A stretch of DNA of 64,000 bases. It comes from a virus (Duplodnaviria > Caudoviricetes). A program made the translations under genes and the position numbers. A model generated the notes under the pieces. It ran no database searches and was not told where the DNA came from. It saw only the letters and a program-made list of their open reading frames with translations. Position 1 is the stretch's first letter. Each line of letters begins with the position of its first letter. Below are positions 9,489-18,707 of this stretch, piece after piece. The stretch covers positions 224,001 through 288,000 of the IMG/VR virus record IMGVR_UViG_3300011559_000001, one strand, 5' to 3'.

Positions 9489-10198
9489 CCACCAAGCCGG
9501 CCAAGAAGGCCACCAAGAAAAGCACCGCTGTCCCCGCAGGCAAGGTCAACCTGACCCGCAAGCCGACCAAGCGGGTGGCTACACCCGCCACCCAGGCCCT
9601 GCTGGACAAACTCAACAGCGCCGATCCGACGCCCGCTCTGTCTGAAGCTGAACGTCGCGAACAGGGCCGTCAGTTCGCCGGCAAGATGCTGGGCGACATC
9701 GCCCGCCTGAACAACCAGGTCGCCTTCCTGCACGATCAGAACCAGAGCCACTTCCAGGAAATCAGCGACCAGCTGATCTTCCAGCACGAATGCATCCGCG
9801 TTCTGTTCGAGCACGCCCACCTGCCGATGCCGGTGCGCCAGCCGCGCCTGGTCGATGCCAAGATCGAACTGATCGCCCCGGCCGATGCCACCGACGAAGA
9901 CAAGACCCTCGAGCTGAAGGTCGCCGTCCACAAGAAGGCCCACCCGGTCTTCGGCAACGTCGAACTGATCCTGGGCGTGGGCAGTGATGCCAGCACGATC
10001 ACCATCGACAAGCTCAACCCGCTGGTCGGTCAGCGCCTGCAGGAATCGATCGCCGAGCTGAAGGCGACCAAGAAGCTCAAGTACGGCCAGTACTACTTCG
10101 TGAAGACCCTGCTCTTCCACGCCCGGCCGGTCACCGAAGACAGCCAGCCGGTCAACGGCGGCGCTGGCGAGGAAAACGGCGATGTCGAACAAGCATAA
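9485..10198 (+). CDS. Hypothetical protein with Lys-rich N-terminus
   Basis: ATGA overlap with upstream gene; MTTKPAKKATKK; strong codon bias. Confidence 0.7.
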   Translation: MTTKPAKKATKKSTAVPAGKVNLTRKPTKRVATPATQALLDKLNSADPTPALSEAERREQGRQFAGKMLGDIARLNNQVAFLHDQNQSHFQEISDQLIFQHECIRVLFEHAHLPMPVRQPRLVDAKIELIAPADATDEDKTLELKVAVHKKAHPVFGNVELILGVGSDASTITIDKLNPLVGQRLQESIAELKATKKLKYGQYYFVKTLLFHARPVTEDSQPVNGGAGEENGDVEQA

Positions 10199-10763
10199 CG
10201 ACATTCCGCAGGACCCGGCGGAAAACCTTCCGGACATCACCGAAGCCTTTGCCATTTTGGCAGAGGCCACCCAGGTGGAAATCCCGAAGATGCCCGAGCC
10301 GATGTTCCGTGAGCATCTGCTGCCGATGCTCTCTGCGCCGGCCGGGGTCAAGACCGATCTGACCAAGTGGTTGGACGTGGCCGGCACGCCGCTGCGCGCC
10401 ATTGACGTGGTTGATCCCATCACCGGTGTCACGCTGTTCCGTGTACCGCCGCTGATGCGTTCACTGCCCACGGTCTACCAGCAGGAAGTGAACTACTCCA
10501 ACATCATCGTCGAAGCCAAGGCGCATGGTAACGTGCACTCCAGTCAGGAGGACATGTATCTGCGTCGTGAGTTGGCCAAAGCCAACATCGCCGGACCGAA
10601 GATCGATCTGGAAACGGCCGCGCAGTGGAATCTTATTCTGGCGCGCTATGATCTGCCCCTGCTGCCGATCCCCGGTGCAGAGCAGGCAGCAGCCTCCGGC
10701 GGGCTCCCGCTTCCGGCAGGTGCCGGCGCGTTGTCGGTCTCCGATGACCAGGACGATTTCTAA
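10182..10763 (+). CDS. Conserved core protein (phiKZ gp62/64-like)
   Basis: PEPMFREHLLP..WLDVAG..LFRVPPL motifs; directly upstream of the SbcD-like gene. Confidence 0.6.
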   Translation: MSNKHNDIPQDPAENLPDITEAFAILAEATQVEIPKMPEPMFREHLLPMLSAPAGVKTDLTKWLDVAGTPLRAIDVVDPITGVTLFRVPPLMRSLPTVYQQEVNYSNIIVEAKAHGNVHSSQEDMYLRRELAKANIAGPKIDLETAAQWNLILARYDLPLLPIPGAEQAAASGGLPLPAGAGALSVSDDQDDF

Positions 10764-10773
10764 GTAGGACAGC

Positions 10774-11892
10774 ATGAAGCCCGATTTGTATCTCGCCTCA
10801 CTTTCAGACATCCACACCGGCCACCCCAAGACATTGACGGAGGCCATCATCAACAGCCTGCGTCGTGCTTTGCCGGACGTGGAGTCCACGCATAAGCTGG
10901 ACCTGATCCTGTTTGGTGGCGACTTCTTTGATCGGCTTCTCCAGCTGAATCAATGGGACGTGCCCATGATCCTTGAATGGGCCGGCCTGTTCTTCCAGAT
11001 GGCCGAACGGGAAAAGATCTACGTGTATTTCATGGAAGGTACTCCCTCCCATGACTGGGGCCAGCAGCGCGTGCTGCAGGTCCTGAAGAAGCTGGGCATG
11101 GGTAAGCGCTATGTCCACTTTGTTGATGAGCTGAGCATCGTCCACAACGACGATCTGGATCTGGACATTCTCTTCGTCCCTGACGAATGGCGTCCTGAAC
11201 CGGATGACACGTGGATGGAAGTGCGTCAGCTGATGATGGACAAGGGTTTGGAACAGGTGGATTTCACGGTGCTACATGGCGCCTTTGATTTCCAGCTGCC
11301 CGCCCATGTCACCGTGCCCAAGCACATGTCTGAGCGCTACCAGAGCATCACCCGACATCGGGTGTACGGCGCACATATCCACACCCCTTCGGTCAATGGC
11401 AACATTCGAGTGAACGGGTCCCTGGAGCGGCTTTCTCACAACGAGGAAGAAGACAAGGGGCACTGGCGCTGTCAGTTCCGCGACGGTCAGGTGTTCAAAG
11501 ACACCTTCGTTGTCAATGAAGGCGCCAAGATTTACAAGACCTTCGATTACTCTGGATCGCAGGTAGATGAGGCCTTGGAATCCATCTCCGCCGAGGTGGT
11601 AAAATTGCCTGATGATAGTCACGTCCGGATCAAGGCCAACAAGGGCGATGGAATCTTGTCCAGCTTTGATGTGCTACGCAAGCGCTTCCCCAAGATCCAC
11701 TGGTCCTCCAAGGCGACCGAAGCTGAGGTCGTACAGAAGAACCTGCTGGTGGATCTGCGTGGTACCTTTGCCCAAGTGCAAATCACGCCCGACAATATCG
11801 CCGAGTTGCTCAGTGACCGACTGGACGGGTTGCGTCTGGATCCAATTGTCCTTGAGCGTTGTCAACAACGTATCCGGGAGATTGCCCGATGA
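10774..11892 (+). CDS. SbcD/Mre11-like metallophosphoesterase nuclease (phiKZ gp65-like)
   Basis: SDIH, GGDFFD, EGTPSHD, LHG, GAHIH, GSLERL motifs. Confidence 0.88.
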   Translation: MKPDLYLASLSDIHTGHPKTLTEAIINSLRRALPDVESTHKLDLILFGGDFFDRLLQLNQWDVPMILEWAGLFFQMAEREKIYVYFMEGTPSHDWGQQRVLQVLKKLGMGKRYVHFVDELSIVHNDDLDLDILFVPDEWRPEPDDTWMEVRQLMMDKGLEQVDFTVLHGAFDFQLPAHVTVPKHMSERYQSITRHRVYGAHIHTPSVNGNIRVNGSLERLSHNEEEDKGHWRCQFRDGQVFKDTFVVNEGAKIYKTFDYSGSQVDEALESISAEVVKLPDDSHVRIKANKGDGILSSFDVLRKRFPKIHWSSKATEAEVVQKNLLVDLRGTFAQVQITPDNIAELLSDRLDGLRLDPIVLERCQQRIREIAR

Positions 11893-12737
11893 ACCACGTC
11901 ATGCTGGCGGCACTGGAAAACCGCGAGAAAGGACAGATCCCGGTTTCGATCGGGACGTCCTTGGCACTGGAAGCAGGGGCCGGGACTTACCCCGACCGCC
12001 CGGAGAGTCCGCCTCCGTTTACCCGTGCCAAGCAATTGTGGATTAATCTGCGCACGATTGTCCGTAATTTATATGGGTGCCTGTCCACTGATCTGAGAGA
12101 GTCAGTTCTACCGGATGATGTGTGGCAAGTGGCTCTTGAAGAGCTTGCCATCATCGACGCTGCGGTTGCCAAAGCGTCCATGGGCAACACCCAAGTAGTG
12201 TACTATGTCAGCGACTACAAGGGACTGGCAAAGCGCTACCCTGGGGCAATCTTGAAGGAGGCCAAGACCTCCCGACAGGTGATCCAACAAGAGCTGGAGA
12301 ACCGCACCCTGAAGCTGATGCTCGAACACAACCATCAGCAGAAGAACGTGCAGTTCTTTGACTTTGAAATCGAAGGTCAGCATCCTGACAGCTTCATCAT
12401 GACCCACCTGCCGGTGGACCTGCTGGCTCGCTACCGGTTTTCACGGCTGGAGCTGCTGGAGTCCCACACCGGCAAGATCAAAGGTCCTGCGGAGTGGAAC
12501 ACGAAACTGACCAACGGAAAAGAGCTGGCGAACATTCCGTTCAATAGCTTCACCCTGCAACTCTTCGGGGACAATGGCAACATGTTTTCTCCCCAGTCCA
12601 TTTCGATTCGTCGCGTCCTTTTGGAGGCGGCTCAGAAGTGGGGCTGGACCAACGTCAGCGGTATGGAACGAGTGCGTGACACGATCGGCAAGATCGCTAA
12701 CGACCATCATCGTGAACAGCTGGTGAAGTTGCTGTAA
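11889..12737 (+). CDS. Conserved core protein (phiKZ gp66-like)
   Basis: SIGTSLALE, NLRTIVRN, LLESHTG motifs; ATGA coupling. Confidence 0.65.
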   Translation: MNHVMLAALENREKGQIPVSIGTSLALEAGAGTYPDRPESPPPFTRAKQLWINLRTIVRNLYGCLSTDLRESVLPDDVWQVALEELAIIDAAVAKASMGNTQVVYYVSDYKGLAKRYPGAILKEAKTSRQVIQQELENRTLKLMLEHNHQQKNVQFFDFEIEGQHPDSFIMTHLPVDLLARYRFSRLELLESHTGKIKGPAEWNTKLTNGKELANIPFNSFTLQLFGDNGNMFSPQSISIRRVLLEAAQKWGWTNVSGMERVRDTIGKIANDHHREQLVKLL

Positions 12738-12790
12738 AAAGAGACGCACAAGTCTAATCCCTTGAGGACTATTAACTGGAACCCGCGACG

Positions 12791-13663
12791 ATGTCCGACG
12801 GCTACAATCGAAACAACAATCAACAGAACCCCAACGCCAAGCCGCCGAACGCGCTGAACGAGTTCAGCCTGAAGCTGACCGGCGAGCCGATCAACGGCAG
12901 CAAGCGTTCGCCCTCGCTGATGCTCAACGTCAAGCGTGACGGCAAGGCCGGTCCGTGGATGGTCAACTGCGAAGCGCGTACCGGCGTGGATGATGACAAG
13001 GACTACGGCAAGATCCCGTTCCTGCTGGACATCCCGACCGCCTTCATGGTGCTCGATGCCATCACCAAGCATGCCGACGCTGCGGCAGCTGGCAAGGAAG
13101 GCGATTTCACCAAGATCGAAATCTCCAACCGCCGCTTCATGCGCAACCAGAACGCATGGTCGAAGGAACCGATGCTGGAAGGCTCGATCACCATCGGTCA
13201 CACCACGGCCAAGCCCGAAGGCGGCGGCGGTGTGGTCTACATCGGCGTCAAGTCGTGGGATACCAACCGTCCGATCTGCAAGTTCCTGCTGAAGCCGATC
13301 GTCGACTTCCGTCGTGCGGTCAAGCTGTACCAGAAGGACGGCACCGAATGGGCCGAAGGTCCGCTGTCGCAGACCTACGCCCGTGCCTGGGCTCGCGCCA
13401 TGGGCCACATCCTGACCCAGCTGTACGCCGACGAGTTCGTCCCGCTTCCCCCGCGTGAGCAGGGTGGTAACGGTGGCGGCGGTGGTGGCTACGGCGGCGG
13501 TGGCGGTGGTAACCGCGGTGGTGGCAATTACGGTGGTGGTGGCGGCAACCGCAATGGCGGTGGCGGCGGCTACAACGGTGGCAACAACAATTCCGGCGGC
13601 GGCAACTCCGACGGTGGCGGCGCAGCGGCCAGTGGCGGCTGGGACGACGACATTCCGATGTAA
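12791..13663 (+). CDS. chmC: Nucleus-associated RNA/ssDNA-binding protein ChmC (phiKZ gp67/Imp6-like) with Gly/Asn-rich tail
   Basis: Directly upstream of the sigma-like nvRNAP subunit; folded domain plus long GGGGYGGGG/N low-complexity tail ending WDDDIPM. Confidence 0.7.
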   Translation: MSDGYNRNNNQQNPNAKPPNALNEFSLKLTGEPINGSKRSPSLMLNVKRDGKAGPWMVNCEARTGVDDDKDYGKIPFLLDIPTAFMVLDAITKHADAAAAGKEGDFTKIEISNRRFMRNQNAWSKEPMLEGSITIGHTTAKPEGGGGVVYIGVKSWDTNRPICKFLLKPIVDFRRAVKLYQKDGTEWAEGPLSQTYARAWARAMGHILTQLYADEFVPLPPREQGGNGGGGGGYGGGGGGNRGGGNYGGGGGNRNGGGGGYNGGNNNSGGGNSDGGGAAASGGWDDDIPM

Positions 13664-13680
13664 TAATCGGGCAACGGCGG

Positions 13681-13706
13681 AATGGGGCCTTCGGGCCCCG
13701 TTCTTC
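13681..13706 (+). terminator. Hairpin terminator after chmC
   Basis: AATGGGGCC-ttcg-GGCCCCGTT. Confidence 0.7.
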
Positions 13707-13715
13707 TCCCCCATT

Positions 13716-13900
13716 CATTAGGCCCTTTAGAAAGCCTAATGCTATTAGCCGAGGAACTTCATGAAACCTGTGACGTCCGTGGTGACCTTGTAAGACCTGT
13801 AAAGACCAATCGAAAACTCTCGCTCACAATGACGCTGATGCGCATTGCGGGCGGGTAGGAGACATGGTGTCTCCACCAGAGTGGGACGGTATGCCGCATA
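13716..13900. ncRNA. Candidate structured non-coding RNA
   Basis: Nested stems in a ~320-nt intergenic gap (see findings). Confidence 0.35.
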
Positions 13901-13932
13901 AAAGCTTCGAGAATCTAGTCCATTCAAAAAAG

Positions 13933-13957
13933 AAACAGGCGTATACTATCCCCATGT
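13933..13957 (+). promoter_or_regulatory. Phage early-type promoter motif (weaker match)
   Basis: AAACAGGCGTATACTATCCCCATGT. Confidence 0.5.
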
Positions 13958-13986
13958 AAGTCATCCCGCAAGGATAAACACCCGCC

Positions 13987-15555
13987 ATGAAAATCAGTGC
14001 AGTAGCGGCCCCCAACTCTGGCTTGAGCATGATCAAGCTGGAACACAAGGGCAGGTTCAACACGTGGGACGTGTCCAGCACGTACTCGCGCACGCAAAAC
14101 AGCAACAAGGAGAAAGAGGAGGAAATCGACACCGCCACTCTCTTCGCCGAAATCAATGACTACTGGGCCAGCCTCTCTCCCGAGCGGCAGGATGGTATCT
14201 TCGAGACCTACCAGAGCATCAGCGAAATCTTCGAGGCCGACTACCAGCTGGAAACGGCCACCAACAAGCTGCGCCAGAAAGTGGCGCTGCTGTACAACTA
14301 CCAGCCGCTGGGCGAGATCCAGCACTTCTTGAAGTTCCACGCTGACATCCAGTATCCGTCTTCGGTGCGCGAGAGCTTGGACAGTGCCAACAGCAATAGC
14401 CGTGCAGAGCGTACGTACCTGCGCAGCGATTACTTCGGCCTGGTTTCCCTTGCGGTGGCCCTGCGCCCGATGATTCCGATCTGGGGCCAGTTCATCGAGC
14501 ACTCCCGCCGAGAACTCGGGAACAACTACAAGGAGTACATGGCCTTTGGTCTGCTGAAGAATACCCAGCTGGCCCGTTGCCATGAACTGGAGCGCCTGCG
14601 CGAGTTCATCCATTCCTCGATCGCCAGTCAGACCACCGGCGATAAGACCTTCACCACCGTCCTCGGTGGCCTGGGTACGGAGGAACTGCCGGTGTGGCTG
14701 ATGGCCATGACCGCCGTGCGTCGTCTGGCTTCCTCGACCGTTTCCGGTCCGGGTGACAGCGTCAACCTGATCGCCAAGGTCCACTACTACGTGGACAGCA
14801 AGATGAAGTCGCTGGACCGGGACTTCGGACGCGCCTTCGGTGGTAAGGTGTCGGAGAAGAAGCAGACCGGCAGCGCTGATGGCGACAACACCTCCCACGT
14901 GGAGATGTACAAGATCAAACCGGACATCTCTGACGGTGACATTGTCAGCCTGAACGTCTACGCTGAAGATCCGTATCGACTGCTGGCTGCACGCGAGCCG
15001 TCGGTGCCGGTGGATTACCTGGAGCAGTGCCTGGCCGTGACCAGGAAGCTGGACCAACAGGACATCCAGCCACATCAGCTGTGGTTGATCAAGTGGGCGA
15101 TCTACCCGACCCTGCCGCCGCGGGGCATCGACGTGATCACCATCGAACCGCTGCTGAACTGCATGGCCGTTGCGCAGGCTGTGCTGTGGCACTGGGGCTT
15201 CTTCGATCTGGCTGCGATGATCACTGCGACCCCGCAGATGACCACTGATGACCTGCTGATCGGCATGTCGGAAAACCGCTCCCGCATTCCCAAGGAACAT
15301 CTGGGTCGGATGCAGGAGAACTACCCCTACACCCTGCCGGTGAAGAAGAATCAGTCTGCCCGCCAAGGCAACGTTGCGGCCCGCGCCGTTGACAAGCTGG
15401 CTGACATTCTCACGCGCAGCGACTGGATCCTCAACGCACCGCCTGCGTTGGTGGCAAAGACCAGCCGTATCGGCAATTCTCGTACGCTGAGCGCTCCGCC
15501 GGATCTGAAGATCCAGTTGAGCAATCTGCTCGAGCACCCCAACTTCGCAAAGTGA
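13987..15555 (+). CDS. nvRNAP sigma-like specificity subunit (phiKZ gp68-like)
   Basis: 522 aa; RTYLRSDYFGL..LRPMIPIWGQF motif; synteny between chmC and picA. Confidence 0.75.
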   Translation: MKISAVAAPNSGLSMIKLEHKGRFNTWDVSSTYSRTQNSNKEKEEEIDTATLFAEINDYWASLSPERQDGIFETYQSISEIFEADYQLETATNKLRQKVALLYNYQPLGEIQHFLKFHADIQYPSSVRESLDSANSNSRAERTYLRSDYFGLVSLAVALRPMIPIWGQFIEHSRRELGNNYKEYMAFGLLKNTQLARCHELERLREFIHSSIASQTTGDKTFTTVLGGLGTEELPVWLMAMTAVRRLASSTVSGPGDSVNLIAKVHYYVDSKMKSLDRDFGRAFGGKVSEKKQTGSADGDNTSHVEMYKIKPDISDGDIVSLNVYAEDPYRLLAAREPSVPVDYLEQCLAVTRKLDQQDIQPHQLWLIKWAIYPTLPPRGIDVITIEPLLNCMAVAQAVLWHWGFFDLAAMITATPQMTTDDLLIGMSENRSRIPKEHLGRMQENYPYTLPVKKNQSARQGNVAARAVDKLADILTRSDWILNAPPALVAKTSRIGNSRTLSAPPDLKIQLSNLLEHPNFAK

Positions 15556-15568
15556 GTCGAGACTTACA

Positions 15569-17059
15569 ATGAAAATCAACAAGATGATCCTGCTCGAAAT
15601 GGGCACCTTCGACGAACAGTACCAGCGCCCGTTCCAGGCGTACGTCGACGGTACGTCCATGGCGGCCCTGCAGGAGGCCACGCACTACGGTCAGAACCTG
15701 ACCCCGGCCGCTCTGGGCGCAGTCGGTGCGGACATCATGCGCGTTTCGGCAACCACCACCGGTACTGCGGCCATCGCCAATGGCTTTGACACCGGCCGCC
15801 TGTGCTTCATGATGGAAGTGGAGTTCCCGGGCACCGCCGGGATGGTGGCTGTGGAGTGGCTGCTGGGCTACACCGATCACGTCGGTGTCCAGCAGTCCGC
15901 CTTCGGTGGCGGACTGGTGTTCGACAAGAACATGCGCCTGTTCTTCAACAACGTGATGAAGGGCCGTCGTGTCGCCAATGCCAACGCCTTCGGTCGTGGC
16001 ACGCACACCAACGTCAGCGGGTCCTACCAGCTGATCAACCACGACTTCCGCGCCAACATCAACAACCTGCAGCACCAGCCGCGTCTGATGCGTCCGCAGG
16101 ACGTGTTCTACTCCTGGTCGATGGCCAACCAGCGTCACCTGCTGGGCGACGAGCTCCAAGACGTGCGTTCCACCCATGGTCCGGAACGCGTACAGGTGTC
16201 CAACCGCCAGAATGTCGTGCCGGGTCAGTACCTGTCGCGCATGCTGGAGACCTGGCGTACCCAGTCGGTTCTGGACGAAGTGGACTCCGGTTCGCTGAAC
16301 TCCCAGATGGGTGCTTCGGTGGCTGAGCCGACGATCTCGCGCCTGCGTTCGCTGCAGGAGCTGTCGTTGGTGTCCGAACTGCGTGCAGGTGGCTCCATGA
16401 CGTGGGGTCAGCTCCTGCAGGCCGAAGACACCGGCCGCCTGGAGGACATCGTGATGGTGGTGCTGGCCCAGTCCCAGCAGTACCGCAACAACCTGGCCCA
16501 GCGCGGCGCCTACGAAGGTTGGCACGGCAATGGCAACCACACCCTGATCGCCAACCAGATCGTCCAGTCGGTGCCGGGTGTGATGCTGCAGCTGATGCTG
16601 ACCGAACTGGACTTCTCGGTCACCAACCAGACGCTCAACGGCGAATGGGAAGTGCTGTTTGAGAACGTACAGTCCTTCAACGATGGCGACAAGGTGCAGC
16701 AGATGCACGCCTTCCGCGCCAAGCTGACCAACGAGCTGATGTCGGGTATCTCCCGCGGCGGCTTGATCCCGATGGAAATCCACGCCAGCTTCAACGTCGT
16801 GGGTCAGACCTTTGTCCAGGTCAGCATCGATGGTGGTCCGTTCACTCCGTTCATGGCCCCCAGCTTCTGCGACGGGCTCTTCTCCAACATCCGCTCGCCC
16901 GACGCCACCACGTTGGACCGCTTTGCTGACAACCTGAACAAGATCACCACCAGCTTGCAGCAGGATTCCTCCGCCGGCGGCTTCGGCTACGAGCCGAACG
17001 ACAGCCAGTTCACTCCTTCCATCATCGGTAACAACTATGAAAATCAGGGATCTCTATAA
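15569..17059 (+). CDS. picA: Phage nucleus protein importer PicA/Imp1 (phiKZ gp69-like)
   Basis: 496 aa; GTFDEQYQRPF, IANG..RLCFMM, LGYTD, LMRPQDVF, PSFCDGLFS motifs; synteny. Confidence 0.75.
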   Translation: MKINKMILLEMGTFDEQYQRPFQAYVDGTSMAALQEATHYGQNLTPAALGAVGADIMRVSATTTGTAAIANGFDTGRLCFMMEVEFPGTAGMVAVEWLLGYTDHVGVQQSAFGGGLVFDKNMRLFFNNVMKGRRVANANAFGRGTHTNVSGSYQLINHDFRANINNLQHQPRLMRPQDVFYSWSMANQRHLLGDELQDVRSTHGPERVQVSNRQNVVPGQYLSRMLETWRTQSVLDEVDSGSLNSQMGASVAEPTISRLRSLQELSLVSELRAGGSMTWGQLLQAEDTGRLEDIVMVVLAQSQQYRNNLAQRGAYEGWHGNGNHTLIANQIVQSVPGVMLQLMLTELDFSVTNQTLNGEWEVLFENVQSFNDGDKVQQMHAFRAKLTNELMSGISRGGLIPMEIHASFNVVGQTFVQVSIDGGPFTPFMAPSFCDGLFSNIRSPDATTLDRFADNLNKITTSLQQDSSAGGFGYEPNDSQFTPSIIGNNYENQGSL

Positions 17060-18206
17060 ATCCATCCTCGAGGCTGTCGGCGCCACCATCAACGACGAAG
17101 GCCTGATCTCCATGCTGGTACCGGATTCCGATCCGGTGCCGATGCAGGTCAGCGACAAGCGTCTGGCGATGCCGCACGACAAGCTGCTCAACCAGGGTGC
17201 CTTCAACTCCGACGGTGGTCTGATCGCCTTCCATCCGATGTGTGAGAACGTCGTGCTGGAAACCTCGCCGGTGTTGGAAGCGTTGGAAAAGGCCATGCTG
17301 TTCCGCCTGACCTACATCCTGCGCGAACTGATCATGCAGCTCACCGCCGTGGCTGCTGACTCCAAGCAGCACAAGAAGCTGAAGATGGCCGCCCACGGTC
17401 TGCTCTCGGCGCTGCCGACGGCCGACGAGAAGACCCGCGATGCCTTCATCAAGGTGATGGAGAACACCAGCGTGATCGGCACCAAGAAGCTGATCTCGCT
17501 GTACACCCGCAAGGGCGGCACCTACGCTGGCGAAAAGGTCAGCCGTCTGGGCCGGTTCTTCCCCTCGATCATCGATCAGCTGGACGAGAAGGAACGCACC
17601 CTGCTGGGTGTGAACCTGCGCAAGGCCGACGTGGCTGCCTTCCCGGCACTGCTGCAGTACCTGCTGCCGGACTTCCGTGATCCGGACCAGTACGCCGCCC
17701 CGTCCAACAGCCAGGTGGCTCCGACCTTCCAGGCGCTGGTGAAGACCTACGCCAAGGTGGCCAAGCAGCTGAACAAGGTCGTGGCACTGCATGCCGACCA
17801 CCTGTCCAACGCCGACTCGCTGACGATCGACGTGGAATGGCTGGACGCGGTGCAGGACCTGTCCAAGTACCGCGAGCTGATCCCGGTGCTGCCGGGCAAC
17901 GACGGCGCCGATGGCACGAAGAATGCCAAGGCTACCGGCGCAGCCAAGCCGGCCAATGCACCCGTCGGTTACGGTCAGCCGGCACAGCCGGCGATCAACC
18001 GCAGTAGCAATGGCGTGAACGTGGATGATGCCCTGCGCGCAGTGATGCCGCAGCGTGCCTTCAACCCGCGTGCACAGACCGGCTGGGGCAGTGCTCGTCA
18101 GGATCCGGAAGCCGATCTGCCGCCGTGGGCTCGCACCCAGCAGCAGACCCAGTTCACCGCCCGCAGCGGTGCCTGGGGCAACACCGGCGGTACCGGGTCG
18201 CTGTAA
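17037..18206 (+). CDS. Core protein (phiKZ gp70-like)
   Basis: IAFHPMCEN, SNSQVAP motifs; overlaps picA end; low-complexity C-tail. Confidence 0.65.
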   Translation: MKIRDLYKSILEAVGATINDEGLISMLVPDSDPVPMQVSDKRLAMPHDKLLNQGAFNSDGGLIAFHPMCENVVLETSPVLEALEKAMLFRLTYILRELIMQLTAVAADSKQHKKLKMAAHGLLSALPTADEKTRDAFIKVMENTSVIGTKKLISLYTRKGGTYAGEKVSRLGRFFPSIIDQLDEKERTLLGVNLRKADVAAFPALLQYLLPDFRDPDQYAAPSNSQVAPTFQALVKTYAKVAKQLNKVVALHADHLSNADSLTIDVEWLDAVQDLSKYRELIPVLPGNDGADGTKNAKATGAAKPANAPVGYGQPAQPAINRSSNGVNVDDALRAVMPQRAFNPRAQTGWGSARQDPEADLPPWARTQQQTQFTARSGAWGNTGGTGSL

Positions 18207-18208
18207 GG

Positions 18209-18245
18209 CGGCATAAAGCGAGGGCCCCCATCGGGGCCCTCGCTC
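18209..18245. terminator. Hairpin between convergent genes with CGGCATA flank
   Basis: AGCGAGGGCCCC-catc-GGGGCCCTCGCT. Confidence 0.75.
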
Positions 18246-18248
18246 AGG

Positions 18249-18596
18249 TCAGGTAATTTTCTTCTGTCCGGTCAACGACACCGCCACCAGCTGTTGCAAG
18301 GTGGAACGTGCCGGAATCATCACCGTCACCGCTTCACCGTTGTACGCCGTCGACGAATACAGCCCGTTCACGCGCATCACAGTCCAGTGCATGTAACGCG
18401 GGATGTTCAACTCCGTCAACGCACCGAAGAAGTCACCTTCGTATTTGTACCCCAACTGGGGAGTGATCGCCACGACCTCCATTTCGGTGGAGGACCGCAA
18501 CCACGTCAGATGGGATTCCACCAGAAGGCGCCAGGCTTTGGTGTAGTAAACATCAGAACCTGAATCGCCCATCTCGTTGAGAACCGACATGGCCAT
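18249..18596 (-). CDS. Small conserved protein, possibly LysM-like/baseplate (T4 gp53-like) fold
   Basis: GAGG RBS; YKYEGDFFG..WTVMRVNG..MIP pattern. Confidence 0.55.
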   Translation of the reverse strand: MAMSVLNEMGDSGSDVYYTKAWRLLVESHLTWLRSSTEMEVVAITPQLGYKYEGDFFGALTELNIPRYMHWTVMRVNGLYSSTAYNGEAVTVMIPARSTLQQLVAVSLTGQKKIT

Positions 18597-18615
18597 GGAA
18601 CACACCTCAAAGTTA

Positions 18616-18640
18616 TTTCGTATACATACTATTCCTTAGT
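18616..18640 (+). promoter_or_regulatory. Phage early-type promoter motif upstream of nvRNAP beta
   Basis: TTTCGTATACATACTATTCCTTAGT. Confidence 0.55.
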
Positions 18641-18707
18641 AGGGTGACACCTACCAAGCCTGCTCCGCCTAGCAGATTGCTGTAACCAGCTTGAGGATTC
18701 AACACCA

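Noticed and set aside
13460-13640. GGC/GGT tandem repeat as microsatellite or CRISPR
   Set aside because: Encodes the poly-Gly tail of the ChmC-like protein; no repeat-spacer structure
13716-13900. Hammerhead ribozyme or tRNA
   Set aside because: No CUGANGA core (only CTGATGC) and no T-loop/cloverleaf; kept only as a generic ncRNA candidate
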